In this document: positions 34,424 to 48,397 of the stretch, in pieces
How the letters are laid out: every line of letters begins with the position of its first letter
Position numbering within the stretch: the first letter of the stretch is position 1
Position numbers and translations under genes: made by a program
Assembly (NCBI RefSeq): GCF_032191835.1
Contig: NC_083237.1
Coordinates: forward strand, 17,422,001-17,486,000
DNA from: Heteronotia binoei
Taxonomy: Eukaryota
DNA: 64,000 nt
Reading direction: 5' to 3'
The notes under the pieces: model-generated
What the model was told of the DNA's origin: nothing
The model's input: only the letters and a program-made list of their open reading frames with translations
Databases searched by the model: none

Positions 34424-37400
34424 GTGAGAGTAACGGGGTCGCTATATTTTGTGCCAGTACTTCTGCTAAACAGCAGACTCAAGAGGTTCATGCAGGTGAA
34501 AGCTTTGATTGACTCGGGGTGCACGAGAGACATAATCACCCCTAAGCTGGTGGACGCATTGGGGCTTCCCACGACAATTTTGCTGCATCCCATCCAGTTT
34601 GAGCAGATGGATGGGTCAGTGATGAGGGGGGAGCAATGCATATTAGAGACTCAATTGGTACCGGTGGGCATTAAAGACCACTGGGACCAGGAAGCTTTTG
34701 TAATAACCCCTTCATCCTCTTACGATGTGGTTTTGGGAGTAGGGTGGCTAGCCAAGCACGAGCCAGACATTCAATGGGGAAACCAGACGATAGAGTTCAA
34801 TGATACAAGGTGTTGAGCCCATCATTGGAATAAGAAGTGGGGCCCTAGTCCTCTGCCCCGAAATGAGGTTTGCTTGAAAATTGAGGAAGTCCAGACAATC
34901 CCTAAGGCTTATTGAGACTTAAGGGGGGTGTTCAGTGAACAGGGAGCTGATGAACTCCCGCCACATAGGGACACGGACTGTGCCGTTGAACTGATCCCGG
35001 GGCAGACCTTGCCTGAGGCCAAGCTGTATTCAATGGGGTGGGCTGAAAAGGTGGAACTGAGGAAGTCCCTAGATAAGAATCTGAAGAGAGGCTTTATCCA
35101 ACCCGCCACGGCCCCCCACGCAGTCCCAGTCCTCTTTAGGAAAAAGAAAGATGGCTCGCTCAGACTTTGTACTGATTTTCAGGGAATTAATGGGATTTCT
35201 ACCTCTAATGCTTATCCAATAGCCCTCATCAAGGACTTACTCAGCACTGTGTCGGAGGGGAAGATCTTTACTAAGCTGGACTTGAGGGATGCGTACTTCA
35301 GGGTGTGCATCAAAGAGGGGGATGAATGGAAAACAGCATTCAATACACCAATGGGACAATTTGAGTACCTAGTAATGCCATTTGGGTTACAAGGAGCACC
35401 GGCAGTGTTCATGAACTTTATCAATGAAGTGCTGAGAGAGTATTTGTTTAAGGGGGGAAGGGGGTGTACCTGGATGACATAATTATTTATTCACAAGATC
35501 TCCAATCGCATGTAAGATTAGTTAGGGAGGTCCTCAGTACACTACTAAAGCATAAGTTGTATGCTAAATTGTCAAAATGTGAGTTCCAAAAGACCGAACT
35601 CGACTATTTGGGTTTCAGAGTATCAGGGCAGGGGCTGGCTATGGACCCAAGTAAGGTTCAAGCGGTACTAGATTGGGCTCCCCCTAGGACACGTAGACAG
35701 CTCCAATCGTTCCTCGGGTTTGCAAATTTTTACTGAACTTTCATACCGGGGTTCGCCCAAATAATGTTGCCCCTCACTGAGTTATTGAAAACAAAGGGGA
35801 AGGGTCGAGACTCCAAAAAACCAGGAGCGAAGCTAAACTGGATGCCGAAATGTCAAAAAGCGTTCAATAAGCTCAAAAGGCTGTTCACAAGGGAGCCAGT
35901 CTTAAGCCACCGCAATGAATTGAAGTCTTTCATTGTGCAATGTGACGCTTCCAACGTCGTGGTCAGAGCCATCCTCATGCAAATAGATAAGGAGGGAAAA
36001 CTAAAACCCTGTGCCTATATTTCTAAAACATTTTCCCAGGAGCAGAGAAATTGGTCGGTGTGGGATAAAGAGGCTTTTGCTGTGACCTATGCTTTAAAAA
36101 CATGGAGGTCATGGCTGGAAGGCACAAAGCTGCCATTTGAAATTTGGGCCAATCGAAAAAATTTGGAGGCGCTCACCGGTCATCATAAACTCAATGAAAA
36201 GCAAATTAGGTGGGCAGGGTTCTTTTCTAAATTCAATTTCGTATTGAAGCACATCCCAGGGACAAAAAACTTCTTGGCAGACGCCCTTTTGCGCCTCCCT
36301 CAGCATAATAGCCAGAAAGAGGAGGTAGTGGACTCCTTGATCTCTCCCTCTCAAGTAGCCACCATGGTAACCACACGGTCCAAAGCAAGGCATAATCTGC
36401 AAACAGAGAAGTGGGGGGGGGGGACAAAACTGGCCACAGAGACCGAAAAGGAAGGGGAAGACTGACCGGGTGAAGTGCAAAAGGGGGAGGATGGGTTCTG
36501 GTATAAAGATGGCAAACTTTATGTCCCTAAGAGCCTCCGCTCAGAGGTCCTGCAATTCTGCCATTCCAACAAGCTAGCCGGGCACTTTGGGTATGTGAAG
36601 ACACTGCATCTAATTAATAGGCAGTTCTGGTGGCCATCTATGAAGAAGGACATTTCTGAGTTCGTGGCTTCTTGCCCTATATGCTTAATGGCTAAGAAAA
36701 AGGGAGGAAAGCCCCCTGGGTTATTGAAACCTTTGGAAACAGCCACACATCCTTGGTCTGTAGTGTCAATGGATTTCATAGTCGAACTACCAGTCTCGCA
36801 AGGGAAAACCATTATTCTGGTAGTAGTGGACACCTTTTCCAAACAGGCGCACTTCATTCCTTGTGTGCAATTGCCAACCGCCAAGAGACTAGCTTATTTG
36901 TTTTTTCCACCATATTGTGAAACTCCACTCCTTCCCTGATAAGATCATTAGTGACAGAGGCCCACAGTTCATTGCCAACTTCTGGCGGGAGTTTTGCAAA
37001 CTGATGGGTATAGAACAGGGGTTGAGCTCAGCTTACCACCCACAGATGGACGGACAGACGGAACGGATAGAACGCGCTTTTAGAACAGTATTTATGGTGT
37101 TATGTGAACCACCAACAGTCTAACTGGGTGGACCTCTTGCCGTTTGCCAAATATGGTTACAACAGTGTGCATAGCTCAACCAAAGCTTCCCCATTTCAGA
37201 TTGTAAATGGGTACGAAGGCAAGCCTGTCCCATTGTTGCCAGGGGGGGAGCGAACCCGAGACCCCACCTCTTTCGAACGATGGTGGGGCAAGTTGGAGGG
37301 CAGCTGGAAGGGGATCCAAGAGAACTTAGAAGTGGCCAAGGAAGCTTATGAAAAACAGTATGATAAATCCCATGTGCCCGTTTGGGATTTCCAAGTGGGG

Positions 37401-37760
37401 GATTCTGTGTTTGGGTCAACAAAAAACCTTCCACTGAATCAGCCTTCAAAGAAGTTGGCTTATAGATTTCTGGGTCCTTTAACATCAAAAGGGTAATCAA
37501 TAAAGTGACGGTAGAACTGGAGTTGCCCAAGATGTTTAGTAAAATACACCCTGTCTTTGATTGCAGTATTTTGCAAAGAGACCCGGGTAGTACTCCTTGG
37601 CACCCTCGACCGCCAGCTCCACAACCTATCCAGATTGGGAATCAGAGTCATCATGAAGTAAAAGATATTTTAGATGCTAAAGTGTTGTATTATCTGATTA
37701 AGTGAAAACACTTCCCGGCCAGCGAAATGAATGGGTAGCAGAACAAGATGTTTTAGCCCC
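34424..37760 (+). pseudogene. pol: Gypsy pol (protease, RT, RNase H, integrase, chromodomain; disrupted)
   Basis: ALIDSGC; LRLCTDF, KLDLRDAY, MPFGL, YLDD; CDAS; H..GHFG..CPIC, SMDFIVEL, SDRGPQF, DGQTER; a GPY/F-like FLGP; chromodomain-like EVKDILDAK..YYLIK. Split over several frames. Confidence 0.92.
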
Positions 37761-37829
37761 TGATTTGATAAACAAGTTTTATAAAGCATTCCCTCAAAAA
37801 AACCGACGTTGATGTTAAGGGGGGCAGTA

Positions 37830-38295
37830 TGTCAAGCATGGTAAAATTCCATTGATAATTGATTATTTTAGGGTCCTCCATAACACTGGTCTGTGAAATG
37901 TCTTGGAGAACCAAGGTCTGTTAGCTCTGTTATTCTTTCCCTCCCCCCTTCTTGACTTATTGCTTGCAAAGTAGAAGTAGAGAGAAACTAAACTAACTTG
38001 AGAAGTAGTAATCAGAACTTCCCATACATTCCTGTTAGGGAGTGCAACACATCTGGGGAGAGCAAGGACAGAGTCCTGATAACACTGTGAGAATGTAGAT
38101 ATTTATGATAGTTTATGTGTGAGAGCTATCCCTCGCCCCCACCTTTTGGAATCCTTTTGACGTAAGCCTTAAAAGTATTGTATCAATGTATCTGTAGCAT
38201 CACTCTCAAGAATCTGTTACACTGAAAGTATCCTTATATCAATAAATGTAGTTTTGTATCAAGCTCGACTCATCATTGAAACTGCATGCTTGACA
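37830..38295 (+). repeat. 3' LTR
   Basis: Matches the 5' LTR with scattered substitutions; preceded by the PPT and followed by CTGAG. Confidence 0.95.
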
Positions 38296-38445
38296 CTGAG
38301 GGCTTTGTTTCACTTTGCTCCTTTTATCATTGCAATTCTCCCAGGATCTGGTAACCTCCAGGTGGGGCTTGAAGATCTCCTGGAATTACAACTGGCCTTC
38401 AAAAGACTCCCACATTGCATCGAAGGAAACACCGTTTTCTAATGC

Positions 38446-39218
38446 GAAATCCGCCTTCTTCCATCTTAGAAGGCCGAGACAGTTGGCCCCCTTCCTGGAA
38501 CGTAGCGACCTAGCAACAGTGATCCATGCAACGGTTATCTCGAGACTAGACTACTGTAATGCCCTCTACATGGGGCTGCCCTTGTGCCGAACTTGGAAGT
38601 TGCAGCTAGTGCAGAATGCTGCGGCCAGGCTGCTACTGGGACTACCTCGGTGGGAACATGTGCGGCCTGGGCTGAAGGAACTGCACTGGCTTCCAATTAT
38701 ATTCCGAATTCGCTATAAGGTGCTGGTTATCACCTTTGAAGCCCTATATGGCCGAGGCCCTGCCTACCTTAGGGACCGCCTCTCCCCACACGTTCCCCAG
38801 AGAGCACTAAGATCTAGTTCTCAAAGCCTTCTAAGGATCCCTGGACCAAAAGAGGCCAAACTAAGAGTAACAAGAGAGCAGGCCTTTTCTGCAATGGCCC
38901 CCCACTGGTGGAACCAATTACCGGAGGAAGTGCGAGCCCTGCGGGACTTTAATCAATTCCGCAGGGCTTGCAAAACCACTCTCTTTCTGCAAGCATATGA
39001 GGAACCCTGAAAGCGATGTCTCGCCATCGAAATACGCCAACTGAATATAGCACCTTAACTTAATTTTAAATGTAATTTAATGTAACTGTTTTAACTGTAT
39101 GTATTAATTGTATTTTAAAATTGTTTTATAAATCATGGTATACCATGTCATGTTAGCCGCCCTGAGCCCGCTCCGGCGGGGAGGGCGGAATATAAATGAA
39201 AGTTTATTATTATTATTC
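38446..39218 (+). mobile_element. 5'-truncated L2 LINE, present only in Y(B)
   Basis: Uninterrupted ORF2 end (SRLDYCNALY.GLP...LQLVQNAAARLL...LHWLP...RALRS) to 39010, a 3' UTR stem-loop and a (TAT)n tail; empty site in copy A at about 3600. Confidence 0.92.
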
Positions 39219-40266
39219 ATGCTGCACACTGTACTTAGAAATGAAGTCTTGTGCCCTTAAGAACATAAAAAAGCCATGTTGGATCAGGCCAATGGGCCAT
39301 CTGAATGAACTAGATCTTTCAAACTTCTAGTATGTCTGAAGCCAATGAAAGGAGGCATACTGCTCCCAGGAATATCAAGCAAAAGATGCCAATGTTTATA
39401 AAGGTGAGAAAAAGGGGTGTAGTTGAAGGCACAAGAGATTTTATTAGTAGTCCTCTTACAAAAGATCTACAAAAGTAGATTTAAAATCTAAAAATTTACA
39501 AAAGTAGTCCTCTTACAAAAGTCCTCTACAAAAGATCTTTACGATCCACACTGTAAGCCCTACCCGCTGCAGATTGCACAATTTATCTAGAGTAGCCACG
39601 TGTCCAAAATGCATTCTGCGACTTTTTACAGTCCCTCATATAATCACTGTGTTTAGTGGAGTTCCTTTCTACGTGTAAAAATTGGCTGTATGGCAAACTC
39701 TCACACATGCATAAGAAGTACATAGATAAGTTCTTTGTCATCCTGAATAAATATGAATATAATAATGTTGATACACACTGTACACAGCTCCATTACTTTT
39801 ACGGGATCCGGCAATGCAGATATGGTTTCTTTTTTAGGCTGGTGTATTTACCACACCTGTAATTATACTCTGGCCATGCACCTATTTAGGAACCCTACAG
39901 ATCGGAGTTCCTTTTTATATTTTCGATCCTTCCATCCACGGGATTTGCTGGCCCCGGGTCATCCAGTGACGTTCCATGCTGTGATTCAAAACTGGCTCTT
40001 CCAGATATTGTCCAATGCTTATACCACACTAGCTCTCAAGGCTTTGAGATACCTTGGGCTTTGATATAATGGAAGAGGAAGAAAAGGTCTCTCTAGCCCC
40101 TTCTCAGTGTTGCATGTTTTGTAAACCTTTATTTCTCACCTTGCAGTCAGTTGGGATTACCATGTTCTTTGCCTTTTTGAGGTGGGAGCAACGAGGACTG
40201 CATCCAGTAATACAACTGGAACAACATCAAAGTTTAACATAATGGCCTTAGGCAATGGGCCTCCAA

Positions 40267-40484
40267 TAGGGTTGCCAGGTCTCTGTTGGAAAATACCTGG
40301 AGACTTTGGGGGTGGATCCAGGAGTGGGTGGGCACTGGGGAGGGGCGGGGCCTCACTCAGCAGGAGACAATGCCCGAGTCCACCCTTCAAAGCAGCCACT
40401 CTCTCCAGGGGAGCTGATCTCTGCCAGCTGGAGGTCAGTTGTAAAAGCAGATCTCCAGGCCCCACCTGGAGGCTGGTAACCCTA
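40267..40484. mobile_element. hAT MITE, family 2 (copy B)
   Basis: Paralogue of 4647-4864 with the same TSD GCCTCCAA. Confidence 0.9.
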
Positions 40485-43007
40485 GCCTCCAATTACCTTT
40501 TTGCTTGCTTATCTTCAGAGGCTGAAGTTCTCTTGAGGCACCTTCTTGGCCCACTCTGCCCTTGAACCAAGATGGCTTTTCTCTCCCTTTTCTCCTCAGA
40601 ACTCCCTCTGTCTTCCCTCATGCCTCTCCTTTTCCCTTCAGGCCTGGAGATTTGAGAGCAGCACAGGGCCAGAGATTCCACCCTCCAAAAGCATCCGAAT
40701 TCTCCAGGGCTACTGATCTCTGTAGTCTGGAGAAGAGTTGTAATCCCAAGAGATCCCCAGACCCCACTTGGAGGATGGCACCCCTAAATCCTGGGGACTC
40801 TTCTAGAGGGTGGAGTCTGTGACATTATGCCCCGCTGAGGTCCCTCGCCTCCCCAAACCCGGCCTCCTGCAGTCGCCACTCCCAACACTCCAGTCATTTT
40901 CTCATCTGGACTTTATAGCCCTACAGACAGGGAAGTCCTCCAGAGACACCAAAGCCACAGCCATTTCTTGTGTTGAAAACATTTTATTGCATTTAGAAAG
41001 GGAAAGGGGAAAGAGAAATGGGAATAAAAAAATTTTCGCTGTTCCATTTCTGAATGATACAAAAATAGATAACACATGAAAAGCAAAGTATTTCTCTATA
41101 TAAGTTAAGTTGCAACAAATTACTGTCTTTTGATCTGTTGATATAATCTCATTTTAACAATCAAAATTCTACTAATTCATAGTTTCATACTACTAACATG
41201 GCCTGTAAAGGACAAAGTTATACCAGAGCGTCTAACCAAGTATAGAAGGGATTCCAAAGGATCTGTTTTTTGTACTGATCTCTCCTTCGGGGGAGAGGAA
41301 AGTTTGTCCAACTCAGCTGTTTCTAATACTTTTCCAATTAGATCTTGTTTCTAATGCTCTTGTGAGAGGCAGCCCTGGATGCTCAGAGGAACTTGGGGAT
41401 GTGAAAATGCTATCATATATTTAAAATAGTTCCATAAATAGTCATATTTCTGGGCATGCAGGTGTTTGGGCTGGTCCACAGCATACAATTGGCCACTGGC
41501 TCTTTCAGTGGATGGGAAATGTGGCTCCCTGGCCAACACAGCATGAGTGACACTGATGCAATGCCAGAAACACAAACAAGTTTTAACAGCAGTTTGCTTC
41601 CCTTCAGGCCTTGACGTCTGTTTTCTCTGTTAGGTGGGTTACCACAGCAGTGCCAAGTGGGAAACATTCTACCCTAGTGAAACAATCCAGAGCCCATTGT
41701 GATGCAATCTCGGAACCTAGACTGCCTTTTCCGTTGGGTGGATACAGGTTCAACTGTCAACTGACTCTTGGACTAGCATCCATCTGCTGGGAAAATTGAG
41801 AGCTCAGTTTATTCAATTCTCCAGAGCAGCAATCAGTCATTGCCTAATCTGGACTTTGTAGCCCTACAGACAGGGAAATCCTTCTCTTCGATCCAGAGAA
41901 ACCAGTGGTTGTAATGGTTGAGAAAATGGTAAGGAAGATTCTGACACTCTTTATCTGTGGGTTGAAAGGCTAAGGGAGAGGGTTGCCAGCCTCCAGTTTG
42001 GGCCTGGAGATCTCCTGCTTTTACAACTGATCTCCAGCAGGCAGAGATCAGCTCCCCTGGAGAAAATGGCTACTTTGAAGGTTGGACTCTCGGGCATTGT
42101 ACGATGCTGAAGCCCCTCCCCTCCCCAAACCCCACCTTCTCCTGGACCCAAAGTCTTCAGGTGCTTTCCAACACAGATCTGGTGAAGTGACTCAACTGTG
42201 GAGGAGGGAGGCATGCCCAGAAATTGCACTGGCATAGGTGAAAGGCCAGAGAGATTTGGCAGCCCAAAGGGACCAAATCCAAAATAGCTCAGCCTTGGGT
42301 GGTAAAAAATTCTTATAAACCAGTTACAAAATTAAATCTTATCTTATAAACCAATTACATAATTGGAGAGAAGCTATGTTCTACTGATCTGCTGTCTTAC
42401 TGTGGATCATATTAGATATATCACAACAAATAAATTGTACAGTAAAAGTTAGTAATTTGGTGCCCTTTAAGTGTAATCAATAGTCTGATTTTTTAAAGAA
42501 TTTTTTTTTAAAGGAAAAGGCCACAAATGGCTCTGTCTTCATCTCCATACTTCCAACAGTTCACAAAAGGGCCTTTCTCTTCAAAAAGAGAACCATTTCC
42601 CTGAATTTGCTCTTAAACCATTTCCCTGAATTTGCATTGATGATTCTGATGATCTCTTCCAAGAAACATCATCTTCTGGGGAGGCATGAGGAGGACAGGG
42701 AGTTGTGAGGGGAGAAGTGCAGGGGGGGCTCCCTCTCCATTCTGCCTGGATCCAGCCCACCATGGGGCCTTTTGCCTGGCATTTCAATTGCTATTCCTAC
42801 CAGACGTGGGGAAGAGAATGGGGAGGAATTGTTAGGAGATGGTCTCCCAATAGAACCCCTAGTAGCTCCAAGCCAATCAAGGCATCTCACCTGCTGGTGA
42901 TTCTTTCTACATGCCTGGTAAGCCAGTGGCTGTCTTAACATCTGACCTTTCAAGGGTCCTCCTTGAAAAGAAAAGAGAAATGAATGAGCTAAAACAAACA
43001 AACGAAA

Positions 43008-43640
43008 GGAAATGTGCCTTCTTGTGATCAAGAAGCCAACTGTGATGCTTCTGAGAAGGGTCTTAAACCCAGCCTTCTCTGGACCCTTTGGCCTTGCAGC
43101 TGCAGCATCAGGAGGGGCGAGAGGAAGAGGTGGCCCTTCAGGGGAGCCTTCAGGAGGTGCTAGAAGGTGCCACAGAAGAGTCTTTGGTTTGTGACACCCA
43201 GGAGGAGTTTTGTCCTGTGCCGAGCGAGAGCCCGGAAGGAAACCTGGAGTGCTCAGCAAATGAGGTGAGTCTGGAAAGGAAAGACAGAAGCTGGACAGTT
43301 AATCAGAGGCACAGGTGGGCTTAGAGGAAATGTGCCTTCTTGTGATCAAGAAGCCAACTGTGATGCTTCTGAGAAGGGTCTTAAACCCAGTCTTCTCTGG
43401 ACCCTTTGGTCTTGCAGCTGCAGCATCAGGAAGTGCGAGAGGAAGAGGTGGCGCTTCAGGGGAGCCTTCAGGATGTACTAGAAGGTGCCACAGAAGAGTC
43501 TTTGGTTTGTGACACCCAGGAGGAGTTATGTCCTGTGCCGAGCGAGAGCCCGGAAGGAAACCTGGAGTGCTCACCAAATGAGGTGAGTCTGGAAAGGAAA
43601 GACAGAAGCTGGACAGTTAATCAGAGGCACAGGTTGGCTA
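43008..43640 (+). repeat. 318-bp tandem duplication private to Y(B)
   Basis: GGAAATGTGCCTTC... at 43008 and 43326; single in copy A (about 7368-7685). Confidence 0.92.
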
Positions 43641-44076
43641 TGGGGCTGGAGTAATGAGAGAAGGCGCAGTTAGAGGTCTATGTCCAGAGAGGGAATGTGA
43701 GGGCCACCCAGCTGTCCAGAGATTTCCCTGGGAAGCTGGATCATGAGTGTCTGTTCCCGTTGTCACCTTGTCTCCTCTGAATGGGAGGAGCTCCCCAGCC
43801 CGTGGGCAGAGAAAGCTACTCCCCCTGAGGCCAGATTGACAACTCCTGCCGCAGAAGCTGGGGCCCGGGGTCACCACTTGGGGGTAAATGGACTAGATGA
43901 AAAATAAAGGAGGTGAAATACGCATTCTTGCTTCTTCATGGAGAAGCCAGCTGTGATGAGGGTCTTAAATTAAATCAAGAACCAAAAAAGGTAAGAAATA
44001 AACGTAGCAGAGGGCCAATAGTTAAAACCTCATATATACTTGTTATAATAAAAATACACATATTAATTAAAAAAAA

Positions 44077-44107
<31 letters not shown>

Positions 44108-44154
44108 GGGCCCAATGAAAGCCTTGTAACAAAATACAAATGACATATACACAA

Positions 44155-44802
44155 TGATGATGATGATAATGATGATATTGGATTTATATTCCACCCTCCA
44201 CTCCGAATCTTAGAGTCTTAGAGCTGCTCACAATCTCCTTTCCCTTCCTCCCCCACAAAAGACACCCTGTGAGGTGGGTGGGGCTGAGAGGGCTCTCACA
44301 GCAGCTGCCCTTTCAAGGACAGAGTCTCAGAGCGTCTCACAATCTCCTTTCCCTTCCTCCCCCACAACAGACACCCTGTGAAGTGGGTGGGGCTGAGAGG
44401 GCTCTAAAAGCAGCTGCCCTTTCAAGAACAGAGTCTCACAGAGGCCCACAATCTCCTTTCCCTTCGTCCCCCACAACAGACACCCTGTGAGGTGGGTGGG
44501 GCTGAGAGGGCTCTAAAAGCAGCTGCCTTTCAAGGACAGAGTCTCACAGTGGCTTACAATCTCCTTTCCCTTCCTCCCCCACACAGACACCCTGTGAGGT
44601 GGGTGGGGCTGAGCGGGCTTTCACAGCAGCTGCCCTTTCAAGGACAGAGTCTCACAGTGGCCCACAATCTCCTTTCCCTTCCTCCCCCCCAACAGACACC
44701 CTGTGAGGTGGGTGGGGCTGAGAGGGCTCTAAAAGCAGCTGCCCTTTCAAGGACAGAGTCTCAGAGCAGCTCACAATCTTTTTTCCCTCACAATCTTTTT
44801 TT
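44155..44802 (-). repeat. Tandem 109-bp SINE-body array (copy B)
   Basis: Paralogue of 8205-8870. Confidence 0.9.
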
Positions 44803-45347
44803 GGGATACGAGTTTAATAAAGTTGCCGAGATTTTTCTGTTAGGATTACAAATGGAAAAGTTTCCAAAAGAAGACAGAACTTTAATCTGGTACTTGCTCT
44901 CAGCTGCTAGGACATTGTATGCGCAGTTGTGGAAGCAAGAAAAAATACCAGAGAAATGGGATTGGATTATAAATGTTATGTCATGGAGTGAAATGGACAA
45001 ATTAACAAGAATATTAAAAGACTATGACTTAGAAGTTTTTAAGATGGAGTGGAAGAATTTCAGAAGATATGTAGAAAAAGTGTGGAAAATAAAAGGACAT
45101 TGGACAATCTTTGATAATGATTAAGTTTTTAAAACAAGAATATAACTTTTGGTTTTTTAATAGTTAAGGGTACCTTTAATATTTGTGTTTTTTTAAGTAA
45201 ATAACACTGGTGGGGGTCAAGTAACGGGGGGAGGGGTGGGGGAAAAGTAAGATATGGGGTAGATAAATTTTTCTTTTTTTAAGTTGTAAGATAAAGATAT
45301 AGATTTGCTACCATATGTTACCAATAAAAATTGTTTATGCAAAAAAA
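44803..45347 (+). mobile_element. L1/Tx1-type 3' fragment (copy B)
   Basis: Paralogue of 8871-9415. Confidence 0.75.
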
Positions 45348-45424
45348 CCCCCACCAAGTTTGAGGTACAAATAGGCACATATTACAAAGAACTGTTACAA
45401 AGAACTAGCAAAGAATATAACAAC

Positions 45425-45760
45425 ATGTTGTCAAAGGATTTCATAGCCAGAGTCCATTGGTTGCTGTAGAATTTCTGGGGGGTGTGGCCATGGTTTTGGA
45501 ATTTTGAGACATGATGTTTTGCCCGTGACTGTGACTGGCATCCTCAAAGGTGTAACGCAGAAAAAGAAAGCTCCCACAAGATAATGACTCAGCCCTACCC
45601 TACCTTCCTGAGTAGATACAAATTACCTGCCTACCAACTTCTTCTCAATTTGACGCAGAGAGAACTCCAGTTTTCGGGGTTACACCTCTGAGGATGCAAA
45701 ACGTCGGGTCTCATAATGGCAAGACCATGGCCACACAGCCCGGGAAATCTAAAACAACCA
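45425..45760. mobile_element. Inverted Penelope pseudo-LTR remnants (copy B)
   Basis: Paralogue of 9493-9828. Confidence 0.6.
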
Positions 45761-46134
45761 ATATAACAATACTGGACCAAAAATGGAATTTTCCAAAGAG
45801 AGATCAGTAGGCACAAGACAGGAATGTTCAAGAGACCTCTCAGGAATAAATCATGCATCCAGTGCATATGCACAGGTGGTAAAAGATGTTACTGTTGTCT
45901 GTCTTCCAGTTCTGGTCCAGAAAGTAATGCTATATTCCATTATTCAGAGCCAAGACATCGACAGAAGGCAGCAAGAGGAACAGGAAGAAGAGGAAGCCTC
46001 TCAGGATAGTCGAAATGTTGTGGAGGAAGGGGCAGTAGACGAACCTTTGCTTTCTAGTTCCCCAGAGGAGTCTTCGCCTTCGCCAGATGAACAACACAAA
46101 GTACCCTTGGAGGTCATAGTAAATGTGGTAAGTC

Positions 46135-46472
46135 ATAAGAACATAAGAGAAGCCATATTGGATCAGGCCAACAGTCCATCATTCCAACACTCTGTGTCAC
46201 ACAATGGCCAAAAAATCTAGGTGTCATCAGGAGGTCCATCAGTGGGGCCAGGACACCAGAAGCCCTCCCACTGCTGCATCCCCCCAAGCACCAAGAATAC
46301 AGAGCATCAATGCCCCAGACAGAAAGTTCCAACAAAACGCTGTGGCTAATAGCCACTGATGGACCTCTGCTGTTTATCCAACCACCTCTTGAAGCTGTCT
46401 ACGCTTGCAGCTGCCACCACCTCCTGTAGCAGTGAATTCCATGTGTTCATCACCCTTTGGGTGAAATAGGAC
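46135..46472 (-). mobile_element. CR1 3' fragment (copy B)
   Basis: Paralogue of 10203-10540. Confidence 0.85.
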
Positions 46473-48397
46473 TTATCTTCAAAGGAGAGAGAGAAGCTGG
46501 ACAGATAAACAGAAAAGCTAGTTTAATAAGGGGTCGGGAGGGGAGTGGGGTGAGAGAAGAATTCAGGCAATAATCCTCTCAGTCCTGGAGATCAATAAAT
46601 GAGAAACTAGAACAAGCAGATGTCTTCTCTGCTCAGACTTGTTGGAGCTCTCCCAGATTATTCCTCAGAACGTGGGGTCTCTATGGCACCAGAGTTAAAT
46701 CTTGTGTGTGCAAATCATGGTGCCCTACCACTGAGCTATGGGACCTTCCAGAAACATCTGGAGCTGCTTTATGCAGAGTCAGTCTCTAGGCCTGCCCAGC
46801 TTTAGTATTGCCAACTCTAACTGGCAGCGGCTCTGCAGACCTTCACAATGTCTGCTGTTGCCTGAAATTCTTTAAATAACCTGAGACCTGCTGCATGGAA
46901 GTCTTGGCCTCTGACCATGGAGAAATGGGCCCTGCTTCCTATCAAATGGTTGCTGGGAAACCAGGTCAGCTTATGGAGTTGCCTCATGCCGAGTCAGAGA
47001 GTTGGTCCATCTGGCTCAGCATTTTCCATTGGCTCTCCGCCTGCAGGGCCAGCCCTCTCCATTAGGCATCCCTAGGCCACTACCTAGGGTGCCATCCAGG
47101 GGGGGTACTGGGCTGGGTCCTCCCCCCGCCCTCAGCGAGGGAAATGGGTGAGCACGGCACCTGAACCTCAGAGTGCATGTGCTGCCTGGCTACTGTCACT
47201 CAGCCCAGCCACCATCCCTTGTGAAAGCTTCCAGAAGCGATGGCGGACAGGCGGAACGATGGCGGCTGGGAGGCATATGTGCTTTGAAGCGCAGGCGCTA
47301 GGCCACACCGTTGCTGTGGTGCTCACCCTCACTGGGGGCGAGGGAGGAGGGGTGCAGGCTGTGGGGTGAGGGGTGGCAGGGTAGGACCTCGCCTTGGGTG
47401 CCAGACCCCCTGGAGGTGGCCCTGATCCCCTCACAAAAAACATTCCTCTGTCACCTGAAGTGTTTTTTTGGTTTCAAATGGTGTTTCCCTTCCAGGTGAC
47501 CTCTGTCTACAGCCAGGACAGTGATGGGCAGGTGACAGAGAGCCCCCAGACCCCCAGGCCAGAGTCTCCTGACGGTGACTACTTAGCACAAGAGAGCTGC
47601 TACCTCACAGACCGCGAAGACCTCCACCAGGACTCTGGTGCTTCCACGGGCTACTTCCCTTGCTACCTCACCTACAGCAATCTCCCCCCCTACCAGTCTG
47701 AGAGTGACGATGAACTTCCAGACCCCCCGGCCAGTCCTGAGGCCAGCCTCCAAGTTGAGGGCACTTTGCAGGACAAAGCCAGCGAGAAGGAAGGAGGAGT
47801 GGAAGGCAGCCCCAGAGGGGAAGAGGCCAAGGTGAAGAAGCCCCACCCTGGCAAAGGGTCCCGGCTGCCCAGCCCGCAAGGGGCTTTGGGAATGCACAGC
47901 GAGGGAGGTGCTAGAGGCAAACTCTAGAAAGTCTGAGGAATGGGGCCTGCTGGGAATACAGGGCCAGTGCAGAGAAGAATGCAAGATGCCTCCTGGTCAC
48001 ATCACACGGAAGGGTTCCAGTGCCAGACCTCTCAGGGAAGTTCTGGAGCAGGGCACAAAAATGTCGGCCCTCTTTTGTTGCTTGTGCCCAGTTCCAGAGA
48101 TAGATTGCTCCTGTATGCAGGAGTTCTAAATAGCTCACTATTCCATGAATTTGTTGAATTCAGGAGGCCAGTTTTTCTGTTGGTACAGCCTCCCAGCAGA
48201 AAGGACCCACGTTGGGTTGCAAATTTAGTGCCTGGCAAGAAACACCTCAGAAAAGACCCAGTTTATGTCAAATGGGGCCAGCCTTTGTTTTTATTCCAAG
48301 GGATGCTCATTTTGTGTGGGACAGACGAAGTCTGGAAGATGTCAGCTATCATGTAAAAGAGATTCTAGTCCTCATTGTGCAGAAATTTACTTATTTA

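Larger units (their letters stand above)
32375..38295 (+). mobile_element. Full-length defective Ty3/Gypsy chromovirus-type (Tf1/sushi-like) LTR retrotransposon
   Basis: Two LTRs, 5-bp TSD CTGAG, domain order gag-PR-RT-RH-IN-chromo, PPT AAGGGGGGCAGTA before the 3' LTR; many stops and frameshifts. Confidence 0.95.

Noticed and set aside
44492-45124. 210-aa ORF as a novel chimeric gene
   Set aside because: Chance in-frame run from the SINE array into the L1 fragment; it starts at a non-ATG codon and is broken in copy A.
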